Origin: Bigelowiella natans CCMP2755
Lineage: Eukaryota; Protista; Cercozoa
Length of the DNA: 64,000 nucleotides
Assembly (NCBI GenBank): GCA_000320545.1
Contig: ADNK01001385.1
Span: 8,101 to 72,100, forward strand
Direction: 5' to 3'
Shown: positions 62,100-64,000 of the stretch, piece by piece
How positions within the stretch are numbered: the stretch's first letter is position 1
Layout: every line of letters begins with the position of its first letter
The notes under the pieces: generated by a model
What the model was told of the DNA's origin: nothing
What the model saw: the letters and a program-made list of their open reading frames with translations, nothing else
Databases searched by the model: none
Program-made: the position numbers and the translations under genes

Positions 62100-63520
62100 A
62101 TTAAAATGGTGGGATCATGCACATTTTAGTGGAAAGAAGGATAGCTTACAGATTATCAGTTAGAATTTTTGGCGAGGGATGTCACGGGACAGAAATTTGG
62201 GGAAGACGAGTTTCGTGGAATCTTTCCATGCATTCTTGATATATATCCTTTTCAAACCTCTTGCATTTAAATTGGGATGATCTTTAATTTTAATTGGTGT
62301 GGTTGTCATTTCTGACAACTTTCAAGGCTGATAAACCAGTGAGTCCCATCAATCGATCATCTTCACCTGGATTTTCTTGTTCATCTATGTCACCATAACT
62401 CGTGTCTTGAACCCCACTTGACATCAGATTGAAGATAAAGTGAGATTGCGTGGCTAAGTTGATTCTTTGTTTTTCTCAGCTCCGAGTCGGCGACAGGGTG
62501 GTGGTTACCAAGGGAAGCTTAGCGGGAAACATAGGAAAGCTTGCCTATGATGGAAAAGTCCAGTTCGCTCCAGGATCATGGGTGGGAGTTGTGCTAGAAA
62601 AACCCGGTATGTATGAACCTAAACCGCTCATTCTTGAACTGCGTTGAACCTTGAGTTCCTATCAGTGGGGAAGAACAACGGAACGGTCAAAGGAATACGA
62701 TACTTTCAATGTAGACCCAACTTTGGGACCTTCCAGAAAAAGGAAAATGTCGCGCGCAAGGTCTTTAATCGCACACATACACACACACACACGCGCACAA
62801 ACTTACTTGGAGCAAATATACCCATAGATAATATTCATGTGTGAATTGTGTTGGTGTGTGTGTGTGTGTATGTGTGTGCGCGCGCGCGCGCATCTTTTTA
62901 AAACATACCTAGAAAGCAATAACGTAAGTAATCTAGGGGTGCCAATGCAGAGAAATTTTCAGAACAAAAAGGTCATTCATGTTGGCCTTTACTTACTCAC
63001 AGAAACCGTCAACGAGGTCACAGAAGCCACGATCACCGCTATCGTCGGGAATTAGAAAGCCTTCTTCCACTTCAAGTCCCAAAACCACAGCAAGGAGAGG
63101 GTAAGTTGGGTAGCAAAGATATGAATATCCAGAATTTCTAATTCTGATGATTCCAGAACTCGCTCAAAATACAATTTGATTTTTCTTGGACGTTGCCATG
63201 CTTGATGCCTAGCAACACTCAAATGTTGTTCTCATTCATTTAATATTTGAGATAGTATGCTCTTTGAAGTCTGTAGCAGCAAAAATATTTGATAATGCCT
63301 TTCATTCATGAAAAGAAGCCACTCGCTCCGATATTCTGGCTGCTACTTACTACTCAATTGCGTGTTTGTGGTCCATAACATTCAATCGCAGCAATTCACC
63401 GTCGAGAATCGCAAAGGTGAGGAGTCCGTTAACCAGTAGAAGTTCTATCATCAAAATAGCGAGGAAAAATAGCTCGGAGAGTGGCGAATCAAGCCCAAAG
63501 GACATCGATCTGAACTCGGT
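62100..63520 (+). CDS. CAP-Gly domain protein, partial; boundaries uncertain
   Basis: LRVGDRVVV..YDGKVQFAPGSWVGVVLEKP|VGKNNGTVKGIRYFQC..FGTF, followed by S/R/P-rich exons. Confidence 0.8.
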
Positions 63521-63559
63521 AATACTATTGCGACGAGGTTGCTTATTGTGCCATTGCTA

Positions 63560-64000
63560 CCCCTCCCCCCCCCTCGCTTCTCTCCCCTTTTGGGTACCAT
63601 CTGGATTGTTATTGCTTGTCTTTGGGCGTTGGGCTGGCGTTTTCGCCGTTTGCTTTCTTTCTTTCTTCCCTGTGAAATAAATACTGGGGGGGGGGGGGGG
63701 GGGGTTTTTTCCTTTTTTTTTAACAAAAAAAACAATGGAAATGAAAAAAAACCACCCCCTGGTCATGCTGCCCCAACCCCCCCGGGGGTTTTTGCCCAAA
63801 AATCCCCCGGGGCTTTTGGGGAAAGGGGGGGCCCCCCCAAAAATTTTTTTTTTTTTTTAATGCTGCAAATGGGTCCCCCCCCCCAAAAACAAAACTGAAA
63901 GGGGGCCCCTAAAAAATTTTCCTATTACATTTTGCACCCCCCGCCCCCCCAAAATTACCCCCATTTTTTAACCGTTTACAAAGCCCCTTGGCCCCCTTTT
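63560..64000. other. Probable low-quality read end / assembly artefact
   Basis: Abrupt switch to G/C/T/A homopolymer runs with no coding or repeat structure. Confidence 0.7.

Noticed and set aside
63560-64000. G/C homopolymer region as telomere or G-quadruplex element
   Set aside because: No regular repeat unit; the pattern is typical of degraded base calls.
1-64000. Alternative genetic code or RNA genes
   Set aside because: Conserved genes end in standard TAA/TAG/TGA with no internal stops once spliced; no tRNA or rRNA was recognisable by eye.

Overview
Intron-rich eukaryotic nuclear DNA with many microsatellites. A gene with a signal-peptide plus transit-peptide-like leader suggests an alga with a secondary plastid, chlorarachniophyte-like (inference). 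About 18 genes can be read by hand, most of them spliced: a CAMK-type kinase, GET4, a DUF1996 protein, DusA, an ankyrin-array gene, a DUF3537/GRL-like membrane protein, a Rid/YjgF protein, a WD40-like protein, MLH3, EB1, a DUF3303 protein, sphingolipid delta-4 desaturase, ataxin-3, a Nudix hydrolase, a CDK7-like kinase, a MYND protein and a CAP-Gly protein. Two things stand out. (1) Intergenic and transposon-derived islands are almost free of TpA (2 TA in about 2 kb at 20477-22492). Surviving TA sits mostly in CTAG, and the palindrome CATGCTAGCATG recurs. Ankyrin repeat copies show the direction is TA->TG/CA, pointing to a localised A:T->G:C hypermutation, the mirror image of fungal RIP. (2) A 179-bp exon+intron tandem array in which each 99-bp phase-1 exon encodes one ankyrin repeat that varies mainly at binding-surface positions. 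All counts and splice sites were read by eye and gene boundaries are approximate. The last ~450 bp looks like low-quality sequence.
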